NCBI GenBank assembly: GCA_965226375.1
Contig: CBDDCX010000007.1
Coordinates: 160,001-224,000, forward strand
DNA length: 64,000 nucleotides
Direction: 5' to 3'
From: Longimicrobiales bacterium
GTDB lineage: Bacteria > Gemmatimonadota > Gemmatimonadetes > Longimicrobiales > Gaopeijiaceae
Shown: positions 1 to 10,480 of the stretch, piece after piece
Position numbering within the stretch: position 1 is the stretch's first letter
Layout: each line of letters opens with the position of its first letter
The notes under the pieces: generated by a model
The model's input: only the letters and a program-made list of their open reading frames with translations
What the model was told of the DNA's origin: nothing
The model's database searches: none
Program-made: the position numbers and the translations under genes

Positions 1-173
1 GGCGGCAGGAGGATCACACCCACCAAGACCAATCCGGCGCCGAGGACCATGGCACCACCCCATACCGGGCGCTCGACCAGCCGGTCGAACAGCGCCCCGG
101 GCGACACGAAGACCTGAACAAAGCGACTGAGTAGTCCTGGAAAGGCGGTCTCCTGTGGCTCTTCAGAGCTCAT
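1..173 (-). CDS. Yip1-like membrane protein, 5' part (runs off window)
   Basis: Manual translation from ATG at 173: MSSEEPQETAFPGLLSRFVQVFVSPGALFDRLVERPVWGGAMVLGAGLVLVGV; the SP..LF..L..RP.W pattern plus a TM helix is typical of YIP1-family N-termini. Confidence 0.6.
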   Translation of the reverse strand, partial: MSSEEPQETAFPGLLSRFVQVFVSPGALFDRLVERPVWGGAMVLGAGLVLVGVILLP

Positions 174-186
174 GGCCAGGGCCTGC

Positions 187-1026
187 TCAACCGCCGACTA
201 TCTTCATGGTTCTGCGCTGCTTGGCGGTCAGGTTCATCGGCCCCGGCACGACGGGGACCCTGACCGACCCCGCGAGGTCACGGTCGATTTCCTGTAAAAA
301 GAGAGCGCGGCGCGACGGATCCCACAGATAGAATCCTGTCTCTGGTCCCGACATGGTCTGCGTCACGTCCATCCCAGCTACGGTGGCAGCCACCTCGATG
401 GCTACCTCGGCTTCGGTTCTGACCAGGATCATTCCCCTGCCGTCCACAACCGTATCGCCCACGAGGGTGGAGGTGCCCACCCAGGTGACGTCGATCGAGC
501 CCGTGGCATCGCTTCCCATGTACGAGGTCGTGTCCACCCAACTGCCACCCGGCATGACCCCCCGGGGGGGTAGTTTGGGGAGCAATTCGTTGGCGAGGGC
601 CGTCACGTTGAAGGCCGGACCGCCTACATTCGAGACCTCGGGCAGCTCGATCAACTCCGCGTCTCCGCGTCCATCGGTCGAAATGACCAGGTCACCCTGG
701 ACGTCGGACTCGGTGAGCATGACCGGTGCGGATAGAGGATTGGTCATGCGGGCCGAGAGACTCTCCACCGCGGTCGTCACCTGCACTCCGGCAGCAGACG
801 CCGTAAAAGCCATGCCCAGCGTCATCGCCTGATCGATACGCAGCGTCAGCGATCCCATGCCGGGTGCCTCTATCGAGATGGCCATCGAATCGGACCGCTC
901 ATACGTGAGGGGGTTCCCGTCGGGAACCGCGTACACCATGACGGTGGCCCCACCACCCAAGGCCGCTCCACCACCGCAGCCAGCGAGCACTGCCGCGCCA
1001 GCCGACAGGAGCATCCTGAGTCGCAT
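187..1026 (-). CDS. Hypothetical lipoprotein
   Basis: Likely start MRLRMLL at 1026 after a GGAG RBS; lipobox LAGC; beta-rich body. Confidence 0.7.
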   Translation of the reverse strand: MRLRMLLSAGAAVLAGCGGGAALGGGATVMVYAVPDGNPLTYERSDSMAISIEAPGMGSLTLRIDQAMTLGMAFTASAAGVQVTTAVESLSARMTNPLSAPVMLTESDVQGDLVISTDGRGDAELIELPEVSNVGGPAFNVTALANELLPKLPPRGVMPGGSWVDTTSYMGSDATGSIDVTWVGTSTLVGDTVVDGRGMILVRTEAEVAIEVAATVAGMDVTQTMSGPETGFYLWDPSRRALFLQEIDRDLAGSVRVPVVPGPMNLTAKQRRTMKIVGG

Positions 1027-1254
1027 CGACTTCTCCTCTTGGGGATCGCGTCCTCGACCATCCGATCGAGGGCGTTGCCGCACGCCGACCAGTCTACGCT
1101 ACGATTGGTGCGGAGGGAATCTTCCCACGTCACAAACGGCAATACTGGACGTGCCGAGCCATTCGGGTCCTCTTGGCCTCCGCTGACCGCACGGGTTATC
1201 GTTGATGACTCAAAGCGACACTGACCACGGGGCCTCCCGTGATGATGGAGAGAG

Positions 1255-1872
1255 ATGATGAGTCTTCGGACGAACCCTGATCGCATCCTGGAGAACATCG
1301 ACCGGCAGCGAACACGGGAAGAAGAGGGTCACGCGGGCCAGGATCGACATGCGATCGGGAGAGATCTCGACACCGAGATCCCCGACATCGACGCTACCAC
1401 GCCCGAGCGTATGCGCCGCATATTCGCGATCGTGGAGCGCAGTTACACCAAGGCCGCTGCCAACGCGGAGCTCGGGAAGTTGGCATCCCACTTCCGGGCG
1501 GTGGGTGACATCCCCACGCATCACGCTCGCGGGGACGTTTCGATCTCCATTCAGTACATCGACTCTCCCCGTCCCGACGACGTGGGAATGGCCCCCTTCG
1601 AGATCGTACCGGCGCGCCTCGTGGAGGCGAAGAAGGAGACCAAGACGAGCCGTCCTGATGTCAACGCGCTCAAGGTTCTCCGGGTCGAGATCCGCGACGG
1701 GGTCGGGGCGGCATACAAGAAGGTCGAGCCGAGGATCCGGGACGCATTGCGCGACCGGGCAGACATGGGCCACGTCGCGGTTCAGGTCACGATGGACGTC
1801 CGACCGGTCGAGAGTGCGACTTCCGTGGTCGACCTGCTTTCCTCGCTCGACGGCCCGCCTCCCTCGGCGTAG
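1255..1872 (+). CDS. Hypothetical protein
   Basis: 205-aa ORF with GGAGAG RBS and GC3-biased codons; no family recognised. Confidence 0.75.
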   Translation: MMSLRTNPDRILENIDRQRTREEEGHAGQDRHAIGRDLDTEIPDIDATTPERMRRIFAIVERSYTKAAANAELGKLASHFRAVGDIPTHHARGDVSISIQYIDSPRPDDVGMAPFEIVPARLVEAKKETKTSRPDVNALKVLRVEIRDGVGAAYKKVEPRIRDALRDRADMGHVAVQVTMDVRPVESATSVVDLLSSLDGPPPSA

Positions 1873-1877
1873 ATGAC

Positions 1878-2063
1878 GTGTCCGCGGGACGGAACCAGGA
1901 GTTCGGACGGGTCTTGGTCGTCCTCGCGGTCATCCTGCTCGGCGTATTCTTGACGTTCGATCTCACCCGACCCGACTCCCTCGTGCGTTCCCTGTTCAGC
2001 CCGCAGGCGGACCCGCGTAACCAACCCCGGGAGCTGATCGACGCCCTTCGACGCTCACGGTAG
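1878..2063 (+). CDS. Small single-TM protein
   Basis: 61 aa with one hydrophobic helix (VLVVLAVILLGVFLTF); operonic spacing. Confidence 0.6.
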   Translation: MSAGRNQEFGRVLVVLAVILLGVFLTFDLTRPDSLVRSLFSPQADPRNQPRELIDALRRSR

Positions 2064-2104
2064 GAGTCCGGGAGGGTCCCGCTTGATGGTCGGGATGCGC
2101 TAGC

Positions 2105-3010
2105 GTGGTCGTCTTCGTATTCCTCGACGGGGTCGGGATCGGTACGTCCGACCCCGACCGAAACCCCTTCCTGCAGGCGCACCTCCCCGGACTGGAAAAG
2201 CTCCTGGGCGGACCGATACCCACTCTCGACGCACCATCCATAGTTGGACCGTTGGGCCGGGCCATCCCGTTGGACGCCAACTTGGGTGTCGACGGGATTC
2301 CGCAGAGCGGAACGGGTCAGATCACATTGATGACCGGAGAAAACGCGGCACTGGCCTTCGGGCGTCACTTCGGACCCTGGGCTCCGGTGCGCTTACGCCC
2401 CCTACTCCTCGAGAAGAACGTCCTGAGCCGGGCACAGCAGGCCGGCCACTCTGCGGCGTTCGCCAACGCCTACCCCGAAGGGTATCTCGAACACCACGGT
2501 GCGCGCTTTCCGGCCTCACCGCCGCTGGCCGCCAACGCCGCCGGACTCTTGAATCGCCACGCCGCCGAGCTCGCTTCGGGCGATGCGGTATCGAGCGAGA
2601 TCGTGAACACCGGATGGAGAAAGAGGCTGGGCCACAGCGAAGTGCCGGACATCACACCGGGTGAAGCCGGAGCGAACCTGGCCCGCATCGCCGCGGGTGT
2701 TGATCTGACCTGCTACGCCCACTACTCGACCGACTACGCCGGCCACAAGGAGAGCGTGGAGGAAGCCGTGACGGCCCTCGAGCGCGTGGACCAGTTCCTG
2801 TCAGGAGTGGTGGACCGGCTCACCGAGGGGGATTCACTGGTTGTGGCCAGCGATCACGGCAACCTGGAAGACGTCACGGGGGGACACACCCGGAATCCCG
2901 TCCTGGGGCTATTGGCTGGCGCGGCGGCCGAGGCGGAGAGGCTCCCCTCGTCGATTCTGGACGTGGCGCCGTTCGTTTTGGGCCTGCTGAGCTCCGAAAC
3001 GTCGCGCTAA
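2105..3010 (+). CDS. Alkaline-phosphatase-superfamily metalloenzyme (phosphomutase-like)
   Basis: FLDGVG, PQSGTGQ, TDYAGH, SDHGN and HTRNP metal-binding motifs. Confidence 0.8.
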   Translation: MVVFVFLDGVGIGTSDPDRNPFLQAHLPGLEKLLGGPIPTLDAPSIVGPLGRAIPLDANLGVDGIPQSGTGQITLMTGENAALAFGRHFGPWAPVRLRPLLLEKNVLSRAQQAGHSAAFANAYPEGYLEHHGARFPASPPLAANAAGLLNRHAAELASGDAVSSEIVNTGWRKRLGHSEVPDITPGEAGANLARIAAGVDLTCYAHYSTDYAGHKESVEEAVTALERVDQFLSGVVDRLTEGDSLVVASDHGNLEDVTGGHTRNPVLGLLAGAAAEAERLPSSILDVAPFVLGLLSSETSR

Positions 3011-3077
3011 CCGGCATTCTGTCGATCCGTGCCGCTTCGACGATTCGAACGCCCGGTCGCTTGCTCCACACTCCGTC

Positions 3078-4847
3078 ATGCCGACGCGACCGAAGCCCCT
3101 GGGAGAACTCCTCGTGGACTCCGGACGCCTCAGGGCCCGAGACCTCGAGGCCGCCCTGTCGGAGCAAAACGGATCGACTGCCCGCCTGGGAGACATTCTC
3201 GTAGCTCGGGGATACGTCGACGATGTGGCCGTCGCTCGGACGCTGGCCACCCAGCTCAGGCTGCCGTTCGCCGACGGACCTCTGACCCCGGATCCCGCCG
3301 CGATCCGTCTGATCGAGGGCCCATTTGCCCGAACGCGGACGGTTCTGCCGCTCTCAGCCGGCCACCGTACCCTGCGACTGGCGATCTCGGATCCCCTCGA
3401 CCAGGTGACCCTGGACGAGGCCCGATTCAGCACCGGTCGTCACGTCGAGGCCGTCGTAGCAGCCCCCTCCGTCCTGGTCGACGCCATTCGAACGGCCTAC
3501 GGCGAGGCACTCGAGCACCTCGTCGACGGCCTCCCGGACGCTGATGAAGCCGTTGAGGCCCATGTCTCGGACGCGGTCACGGAAGCGGCCCCGGTCGTGC
3601 GGCTCGTGAACCACATCCTCCATCAAGCAGCGGCGCTAGGCGCGAGTGACGTCCATCTGGAGCCCTCTCAGGGACAGCTCGTGGTCCGCTGGCGAGTCGA
3701 TGGAGTGCTGCGCCGCTCCGTCACCCTACCCGGGTCCAGCCTCGGTCCGGTGGCGTCGCGTATCAAGGTGATCTCGGGTCTGGATATCTCGGTAAGGCGT
3801 CGGCCACAAGACGGAGGGCTGGCATTCGAACACGCGGGCGCCTCCCTGCGAGTACGGGTGTCTACCCTGCCCACCGTCGAGGGCGAGAAGGTGGTGCTAC
3901 GGCTCCTGGACCCACTCCAGGTCCCACGAAATCTCGGAACGCTGGGCCTCGCCGACAGGGACCTGAAGCTGATTCGCCGACTAGGGGCGGCGGGCCAAGG
4001 CGTGGTCCTCGCTGCCGGACCCACGGGAAGCGGCAAAAGCAGCAGCCTCTTCGCAGCCCTGACCGAACTCAACCAAGAGGGACTGAACGTGGTCACCGTG
4101 GAGGATCCGGTGGAGTACCGCGTTCCCGGGATCAATCAGGTTCAGGTCAGCCCACTGGCGGGCATGACCTTTCCCGCCGCATTACGGGCAATACTACGCC
4201 AGGACCCCGACATCGTGATGATCGGAGAGATACGAGATCGCGAGACGGCAGAGATCGCCATGGCGGCCGCCGTGACCGGCCACCTGGTCCTGTCGACCAT
4301 TCACACCACCGACGCCCCCGGGGCCATAACTCGGCTACTCCACATGGGCGTACCCCCCTATCTGGTCGCCGGAGGACTCACGGGCGTGGTGGCCCAACGC
4401 CTGGTCCGTACGCTCTGCACCGCGTGTCGGGGACATAGGGCCGATGGGTGCGGGCGGTGTACGGACGGCTATGCGGGGCGGACGGGTGTGTTTCAGGTGC
4501 TCGCGATCAACGACTATATGCGAGACGAAATCATTCGAGGCGCCTCCACAGCCACTCTCCGCCGCTTGGCCGCGGAGAGTGGGATGGCTTCCCTCTCCGA
4601 GGACGCACGTCAAAAGGTGGCAGAAGGCCTCACCACGCCCCACGAGGTCGCGAGGGTCATTCAGACCGACCCCGGAGCCGTGGTGCCCTGCTCGAGCTGT
4701 GGCGGGGAGGTCCCTACAGAGGCCCTGGGATGTCCGTACTGCGGTCTGTGCGTGAGGAGCCTCTGTCGGTGCGGCTTCCAGCTTGGAAAGGGGTGGCGTT
4801 TCTGCCCAGGGTGCCTTCGCACGGCCTCAGCCCCCCAGTCGGCCTGA
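3078..4847 (+). CDS. GspE/PilB-family ATPase with MshEN domain and C-terminal double zinc ribbon
   Basis: ASDVHLEP, Walker A GPTGSGKS, TVEDPVE, LRQDPD..GEIRD, GHLVLSTIHT; LGELL/RLGDIL repeats; terminal CxxC pairs. Confidence 0.92.
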   Translation: MPTRPKPLGELLVDSGRLRARDLEAALSEQNGSTARLGDILVARGYVDDVAVARTLATQLRLPFADGPLTPDPAAIRLIEGPFARTRTVLPLSAGHRTLRLAISDPLDQVTLDEARFSTGRHVEAVVAAPSVLVDAIRTAYGEALEHLVDGLPDADEAVEAHVSDAVTEAAPVVRLVNHILHQAAALGASDVHLEPSQGQLVVRWRVDGVLRRSVTLPGSSLGPVASRIKVISGLDISVRRRPQDGGLAFEHAGASLRVRVSTLPTVEGEKVVLRLLDPLQVPRNLGTLGLADRDLKLIRRLGAAGQGVVLAAGPTGSGKSSSLFAALTELNQEGLNVVTVEDPVEYRVPGINQVQVSPLAGMTFPAALRAILRQDPDIVMIGEIRDRETAEIAMAAAVTGHLVLSTIHTTDAPGAITRLLHMGVPPYLVAGGLTGVVAQRLVRTLCTACRGHRADGCGRCTDGYAGRTGVFQVLAINDYMRDEIIRGASTATLRRLAAESGMASLSEDARQKVAEGLTTPHEVARVIQTDPGAVVPCSSCGGEVPTEALGCPYCGLCVRSLCRCGFQLGKGWRFCPGCLRTASAPQSA

Positions 4848-5546
4848 AACCTCTCGTAACAGGCGACCGACCGGATCACCCCCTTGAGGCCAGAAGTGAC
4901 GATCCGATATTCGATTGAGCGCCACTCGCACCCCGCTGAAGTGATCCGCCACCCCCCGCAACACATGATCCATGCCGAGCTCTTGTGCCTCCCGGCTGTT
5001 GGACGCCTGGCGGTAGCCGCCGGCACCCAGCTCCTCGAAGTAGGCAATCGGGGGGGCACCCCTGCGGCGGGTGCGCGCCTCCAGGTAGTCGGGGAACAAC
5101 CCCGAAATCCACAGGGCAAAATTCCCCATGTGCACTCTCAGGAGGAATTGTCGCCGCCCGCCCGCGGTCTGCATCTCGGAGATCATGTCGGTCAGGTAGT
5201 GGAACTCACTGCCGTCCCGGGCCGATATCCGATACGGCCGCTTGGCACGTCCGAACGCGGCGATGAGCGAAGCGACGTAGTCGGCTGTGCCCCGGTCGTC
5301 GATGCCGCCCTCCAGGAGGGCCTGCCGAACCAGCACGTAGAAGACGATCGTAGGAGGCACGGAGACGTCGGGGTCCGTCAAGAGACCGTTCAAGACTCTG
5401 GGATCGTCCAGAAGACTGTCGACACCATGCTCGTCGAGTCGAAGCCGCGCGGCCTCCGACATTTCAGAGTCGTCACGGCCTATGAGAGCCGCCAGCTGCC
5501 TCGCATCACTACGGCTCAGGGAGGCCCTAATCGTGGGCATGATCAT
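4827..5546 (-). CDS. Conserved hypothetical protein
   Basis: Probable start MIMPT at 5546 after GGAGGG; GNFALWISGLFP...YFEELGAGGY motif. Confidence 0.7.
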   Translation of the reverse strand: MIMPTIRASLSRSDARQLAALIGRDDSEMSEAARLRLDEHGVDSLLDDPRVLNGLLTDPDVSVPPTIVFYVLVRQALLEGGIDDRGTADYVASLIAAFGRAKRPYRISARDGSEFHYLTDMISEMQTAGGRRQFLLRVHMGNFALWISGLFPDYLEARTRRRGAPPIAYFEELGAGGYRQASNSREAQELGMDHVLRGVADHFSGVRVALNRISDRHFWPQGGDPVGRLLREVSGRLGG

Positions 5547-5784
5547 GGGTCCCTCCCTTCCCGGCTGTGAGCTTGAAGCCCCTAACCTGCGCCCTGCCCT
5601 CCCCTCCCCAATACGCAAATGGCGGATTCGGGGTCCGCAGGCCCCCCAAAACACCTCGCTGACCATTGCACTGATCGGGCTGATCATGGCGCTCGTGCTC
5701 TTCGCTCTCGCGGAACGCGCCGCGTACTGCGCTGGAGGTCCTCCTGCGCGCCAGCCTATCGGGCAGGCGATTCGCGAGGATCAG

Positions 5785-7129
5785 TCAGAGGAGCTCCACG
5801 AGCCCATCGTGACCGTGCCTCAAAGGGATGTCATGGTCGAGCCGAGCCAGCTGCTGACGCGTGAGGCTCAGCTTGGTCTCCAGAAAGCGGTCGTCGTGCA
5901 TCGGATCGTGGTGGGTGACGATCCACCGCTTCACCTTTGCGAGCTTCGCGAGCAAGCAGGCGTTGGACACGGAGCTGTGCCCCCATCCGATCTTGCTCAC
6001 GTACTCCTCGTTCGTGTACTGAGCTTCATGGATCAGAACGTCCACTTCCGTGAGGAAATCTATGATGCGGCGGTAAGGATCGAAGATGCCCTCATCGAGA
6101 GAGATCGCGTCGGGCTCGCCGATGTAGCCCTGTAGGAACTCGTTGTCGGGAATCCAGGCGAGCGTTGTTCCGGCCACGTCGATCTTGTAGCCGACTGTGG
6201 CTCCCGGATGTTGCACGTACTCCCAGGAGACGATGACGTCGCCGATGCGAATGGGCTCCGACCCCAGATGGCGGAACTCGATGTCGGCGTTCATGTCCTC
6301 CATTTGCACCGGAAAGTAGTCGCTATCGAGCTGACCCCGGAAAAGGGACTCGAGGCTCTTTCCGAAGCCTTCAGCGCCGTACACCGTGACCTGGAAGCCC
6401 GGAACGTAGGCTGGGGTGAAGAAGGGGAAACCCTGGATGTGATCCCAATGGGTGTGGGTGATGAAGACGTGGAGGCGGCGTGCCTCCCCTTTCATCAAGT
6501 CGAGCCCGAGTTCGCGAATCCCTGATCCCGCGTCGAAGATGAACCTGTCCTGACCGAACTCGATCTCCAGGCACGAGGTGTTTCCACCGTGCCGCATGAA
6601 CGCGGGTCCCGGTGTGGGGATCAAGCCACGCGTTCCCCACATTGAAAGCCGGCCGCCAGCGGTTTCAAGCTCGGGCTGATACGGCTGGCCCACGCGGGCA
6701 ATACTGGGAACCGCGCCCATTTGGGAGTCGTCACCAGATTCCGTTGAGAAGAAACTCCCGACCCTCCGGAGAAGGTCCTCGATGTGAAACGGGTTTGACG
6801 AGGAAATCGATCGCTCCGAGCTCGGTCGCCGACGAGTGCTCGGTTTTGAAGCTCTTTCCGGTGCAGACTATGACCCCGACGTCCCGAGTCGAGGGATCTG
6901 CACGAAGCTGCTTGAGGACCTCGATTCCGTGCACTTCGGGCATCATGAGGTCGAGCAGGATCAAATCCGGGTTGAAGGTGCGCACCTTCTCCAGGCACTC
7001 TGCGCCGTCCAGAGCCGCGGCGACCTCGTGCCCAGCACCCTCCAAGGCTCTAACCATCGCGAAGCAGATATTCTCATCGTCTTCGGCCACGAGGACCCGG
7101 CCGGTAGTGTGCGTCTCCCCGTCACCCAT
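5785..7129 (-). pseudogene. Response-regulator receiver plus MBL-fold hydrolase fusion, frameshifted at ~6791-6793
   Basis: Receiver (VAEDD, LLDLMMP, FLVKP) from ATG 7129; removing one C from AAACCCGTTT gives KPFHIEDLLRRV, in frame with the MBL ORF (GGNTSC, HTHWDHIQG). Confidence 0.8.
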
Positions 7130-7284
7130 CGAGAACCTCCATCGATCTCTGGGACGTCTGCTACTCGGAACGAAACGTACGGGCCGCGAACGCGTTCGAG
7201 TAGTTGCGTGCGAAGGCCGACATGTCGAGGCTGTAGTGGCCCCGTCCTCCACCGAGCGGCGTCACAGGGCGCGAGTGGTGTCGC

Positions 7285-8385
7285 TCAGAACACTTCCTTT
7301 CGGACCGTTCTCTCCTCGAGCAGATCCATCTTGATTTCCACCCCGATGCCTGGCCCCGAGGGGACCCGCAGCTCCCCGTCGACCATCACGAATTCGGGAT
7401 CGACGATGTCCTCGTGCCAGTAGCGCCGACTCGATGAGATGTCGCCCGGAAGCGAGAAGCCGGGCAAGGTGGCGAGTGCCACGTTGTGCGCTCTCCCGAC
7501 GCCCGACTCGAGCATGCCACCGCACCAGACGGGCCAATCGTTCGCCACGCACAGGTCGTGAATCGCCTTCGACGACTCGAAGCCCCCCACCCTTCCCGGC
7601 TTGATGTTGATGATGCGGCCGGCACCGATCTCGATCGCCAACTCCGCGTCGCGCACGGATCGGATCGATTCGTCGAGGCAGACCGGCGTATCCAAAGTCT
7701 CCTGGAGACGCGCATGATCCAGGTAGTCGTCATGGGCCAACGGCTGTTCGATCATCATGAGATCGAGGTCGTCCAGGGCTTTCAGCTTGGGAGCGTCGGC
7801 CAACGTGTATGCCGAGTTGGCGTCCGCCATCATGGGCATGTCTGGGAATTTGTCCCGTAGGCCAGCTAACATCTCGATGTCGCGACCGGGCTTGATCTTG
7901 ATCTTGATGCGCGAGTACCCCTGCTCCACGAAGTCACCGACCTTCTGGTGCAGCGTTTCATCGTTGGGCTGAAGACCGATGCTCACCCCGACCTTCACCG
8001 CGTCACCCACCCCACCGAGGTGCTCCGCTAGGCTCTCGCCGTTCAGCTTGGCCTGGAGGTCGTGCGCCGCCATCTCTATGGCGGCCTTGGCCATGCGATG
8101 GCCGCGGACCCACCGGATCGGGTCGCTCACGTCGCGTGCCGTCGACGCCTCCGTCCCCAACACCTTCGGAAGCATCAGCTCGGTGAGCATCGGCCAGGCC
8201 GTCTGGATCGTCTCGTAGGAGTAGTCGGGATACTCTCCCGCCACGCACTCACCCCAACCCGTTACACCGTCACAGGTCAGCGCGAGCACCATGACGCGGC
8301 GGTCATAGGCCACCCCACTGGATATCTCGAACGGCTCGGTGAGCTGCATACGTACTTCTCGTAACTCGATGCGGTCTATCTTCAC
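7285..8385 (-). CDS. menC: N-succinylamino acid racemase / o-succinylbenzoate synthase (enolase superfamily)
   Basis: KIKIK, DAN, EQP, DES, NIKPGRVGG, WCGGMLE, LPGDIS. Confidence 0.9.
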   Translation of the reverse strand: MKIDRIELREVRMQLTEPFEISSGVAYDRRVMVLALTCDGVTGWGECVAGEYPDYSYETIQTAWPMLTELMLPKVLGTEASTARDVSDPIRWVRGHRMAKAAIEMAAHDLQAKLNGESLAEHLGGVGDAVKVGVSIGLQPNDETLHQKVGDFVEQGYSRIKIKIKPGRDIEMLAGLRDKFPDMPMMADANSAYTLADAPKLKALDDLDLMMIEQPLAHDDYLDHARLQETLDTPVCLDESIRSVRDAELAIEIGAGRIINIKPGRVGGFESSKAIHDLCVANDWPVWCGGMLESGVGRAHNVALATLPGFSLPGDISSSRRYWHEDIVDPEFVMVDGELRVPSGPGIGVEIKMDLLEERTVRKEVF

Positions 8386-8464
8386 GGGGTTCCTCTCGAA
8401 GGGTGCGGTTCGCGGTTATGAGTGTTCGGTGACCCGGGCGATGCCGTTCCGGTGTCGGGACGCA

Positions 8465-9292
8465 TCAGTTGAGCGACACCAGCAGGTACTCCGAGTGACG
8501 CGGGCGACGGTACAGCTCCCGTACCTCGTAGCCTCGGTCCAGGTAGCAGGACAGTACGGCGCGCGTGGCGTGGCGCCACCGCACCGCGGCCTCGAGCGAC
8601 TCGGCCTTGAGCTCCTGAATGGACGACGGCATCGGAGTGAGAATCCGGTCCGCCTCGAGCGAGAGGTCGGACTCACCGGGAAGAAGCAGGCCTCCTTCTT
8701 CGACGGTCGTGAAAGCGGCAACGGCACCCTCATCCCCACCCACCTCCGGTCCCGACCGGCCCTCTACCAGGCGCTGGAGCACCCGTTCTGAATCCATCGT
8801 CCAGGTTGGCACAAAACGATCGGTGCCGATGCCCTGGTGGAGGGGTGAGTCGGTCTGGCCGTACATGTCCTGCACGTACTCCCGCACCACCGCGCCGAGC
8901 TTGTTGAGGTTGAGGTGCGCATTCTTGGACTCCAGCGGATCGAAGGTCCAATGCATCCGCGTGATCCCCTGCTCAAGGAGCATCTCCCGCTGATAAGCCT
9001 TCAGGCGCGCGCCCAAGCCGGTATTCTGCAGTCCGGGGCGGACCGCAAGCATATCCGACCAATGGATGACCTCACCGTTTTCCACGCCGGTCATCCCGTA
9101 GACGAATCCGGCCAGGTCGCCGTTCTCGTCGTAGGCTCCGGAAGCGATGCCCCCCAGACGTTGGCTGACCTTGAGAATGGCCACGGCGACGCGCTCCGAG
9201 AAGCCGGTCCCCCAGACCTCTTCCTGAAAGCGGACGCAGTCCCGGAAGTCCTCGATGCTCTCGAAGGGGCGGATCGTGAAGTCGGACCCCAT
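8465..9292 (-). CDS. GNAT acyltransferase, putative D-amino-acid N-succinyltransferase
   Basis: HWSDMLAV, GLGARLKAYQR, WTFDPL..NAHLNLNKLGA, TDRF; adjacent to NSAR; start MGSDF at 9292. Confidence 0.8.
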   Translation of the reverse strand: MGSDFTIRPFESIEDFRDCVRFQEEVWGTGFSERVAVAILKVSQRLGGIASGAYDENGDLAGFVYGMTGVENGEVIHWSDMLAVRPGLQNTGLGARLKAYQREMLLEQGITRMHWTFDPLESKNAHLNLNKLGAVVREYVQDMYGQTDSPLHQGIGTDRFVPTWTMDSERVLQRLVEGRSGPEVGGDEGAVAAFTTVEEGGLLLPGESDLSLEADRILTPMPSSIQELKAESLEAAVRWRHATRAVLSCYLDRGYEVRELYRRPRHSEYLLVSLN

Positions 9293-9511
9293 CCCGTACG
9301 GCTCCTTTAGAGGTTTAAAGCGAGAAACTGGAAGTGCCAGGTGCGAAACACGGCGCGGGGAGAACTTGCGGCGGCGGCGTGCCTGAGACCAGCTTGCCCC
9401 CGGTCCGGTCCCCTTCATGAGGCCGGGACTCTCATGCCGAGAGCCGATCCTCCCTGACCGAAGGGCCACCCTGCGTCTCGAGGTCGGCACTCTCAGCCTA
9501 AAGGAAGACTC

Positions 9512-10426
9512 GTGTCCACGTCACTCCGACTGTTCAGCCCCTCGGTCTTCCTCGCGCTGGCATCCTGTGTGCTCGCGACCTCGGTGCGGGGTCAGGAACC
9601 CATCCGCCGCACGGCCGAAGTCGACGGCCACCCGGTGGCCATCTGGGAGAAGGCCGGGCCGAACCCGAAGGGTGTGATCGTGCTCGTGCACGGGCGTACC
9701 TGGAGCGGGCTCCCCGACTTCGACCTTCAGGTGCCGGGCGAGGACCTTTCGCTCATGGACGGGCTGATCGAGGCCGGCTACGCCACCTTCCCGGTCGACC
9801 TGAGGGGATACGGTGCGACCCCGCGCGACGAGACCGGATGGCTGACCCCGGACCGGGCCGCCCTCGATCTGAAGGCCGTGCTCGCGCGGGTTTGGCGCAG
9901 GACGGGACAGGGTGAGCGGCCAGTCCTGTTCGGTTGGTCGTATGGATCGATGGTTTCCCAACTCACCGTGCAGCGGTGGCCCGAGCTGGTCTCAGCGCTT
10001 GTTCTGTTCGGACATCCGGGGGCGCGGGAGCTGCCGGTAGGTGAAGATCCCGCTGAGCCGCCGAGGGTTACCAACACCGCCCAAGCAGCGGCCAGCGACT
10101 TCATCACTCCGGGATCGATCAGTCAGGCGGCCATCGACCGGTACGTAGAGGTAGCGTTGGAGGCGGACCCGGTGCGGGTGGACTAGCGACGGCTGGACGA
10201 GTGGGGCGAGTTGGACCCGGCCAAGGTAACCGTCCCGACCCTGCTCATGCAGGGAGAGCACGACCCGATCGCGCCGACGGAATCTCAGGCGCCGTTCTTT
10301 GCCGCGCTCGCCACGGGTGATCGCGAATGGGTGACCATTCCGGGTGGTGACCATGCGGCCTTCCTGGAGACACCCCGTGCCTATTTCCTGGATGCGCTGG
10401 TGGGCTTCCTGGAGCGCCCTCGCTGA
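9512..10426 (+). pseudogene. Secreted alpha/beta hydrolase with in-frame TAG at 10184-10186
   Basis: Signal peptide, LVHG, GWSYG; the frame continues after the stop into PTLLMQGEHDP...GGDHAAFLE (catalytic Asp and His). Confidence 0.85.
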
Positions 10427-10480
10427 ATAAACACCGGTGCCCTAGGCTGAACCCCCACGCTTAGCGTCGAGGCCGACACG

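Noticed and set aside
7285..8385. Menaquinone biosynthesis operon
   Set aside because: No other men genes in the window; the GNAT neighbour points to a racemase role
10184..10186. Pyrrolysine or TAG recoding
   Set aside because: TAG is a normal stop for many genes here (e.g. rpmH, ispH, lpdA); no pyl genes seen; the context fits Trp
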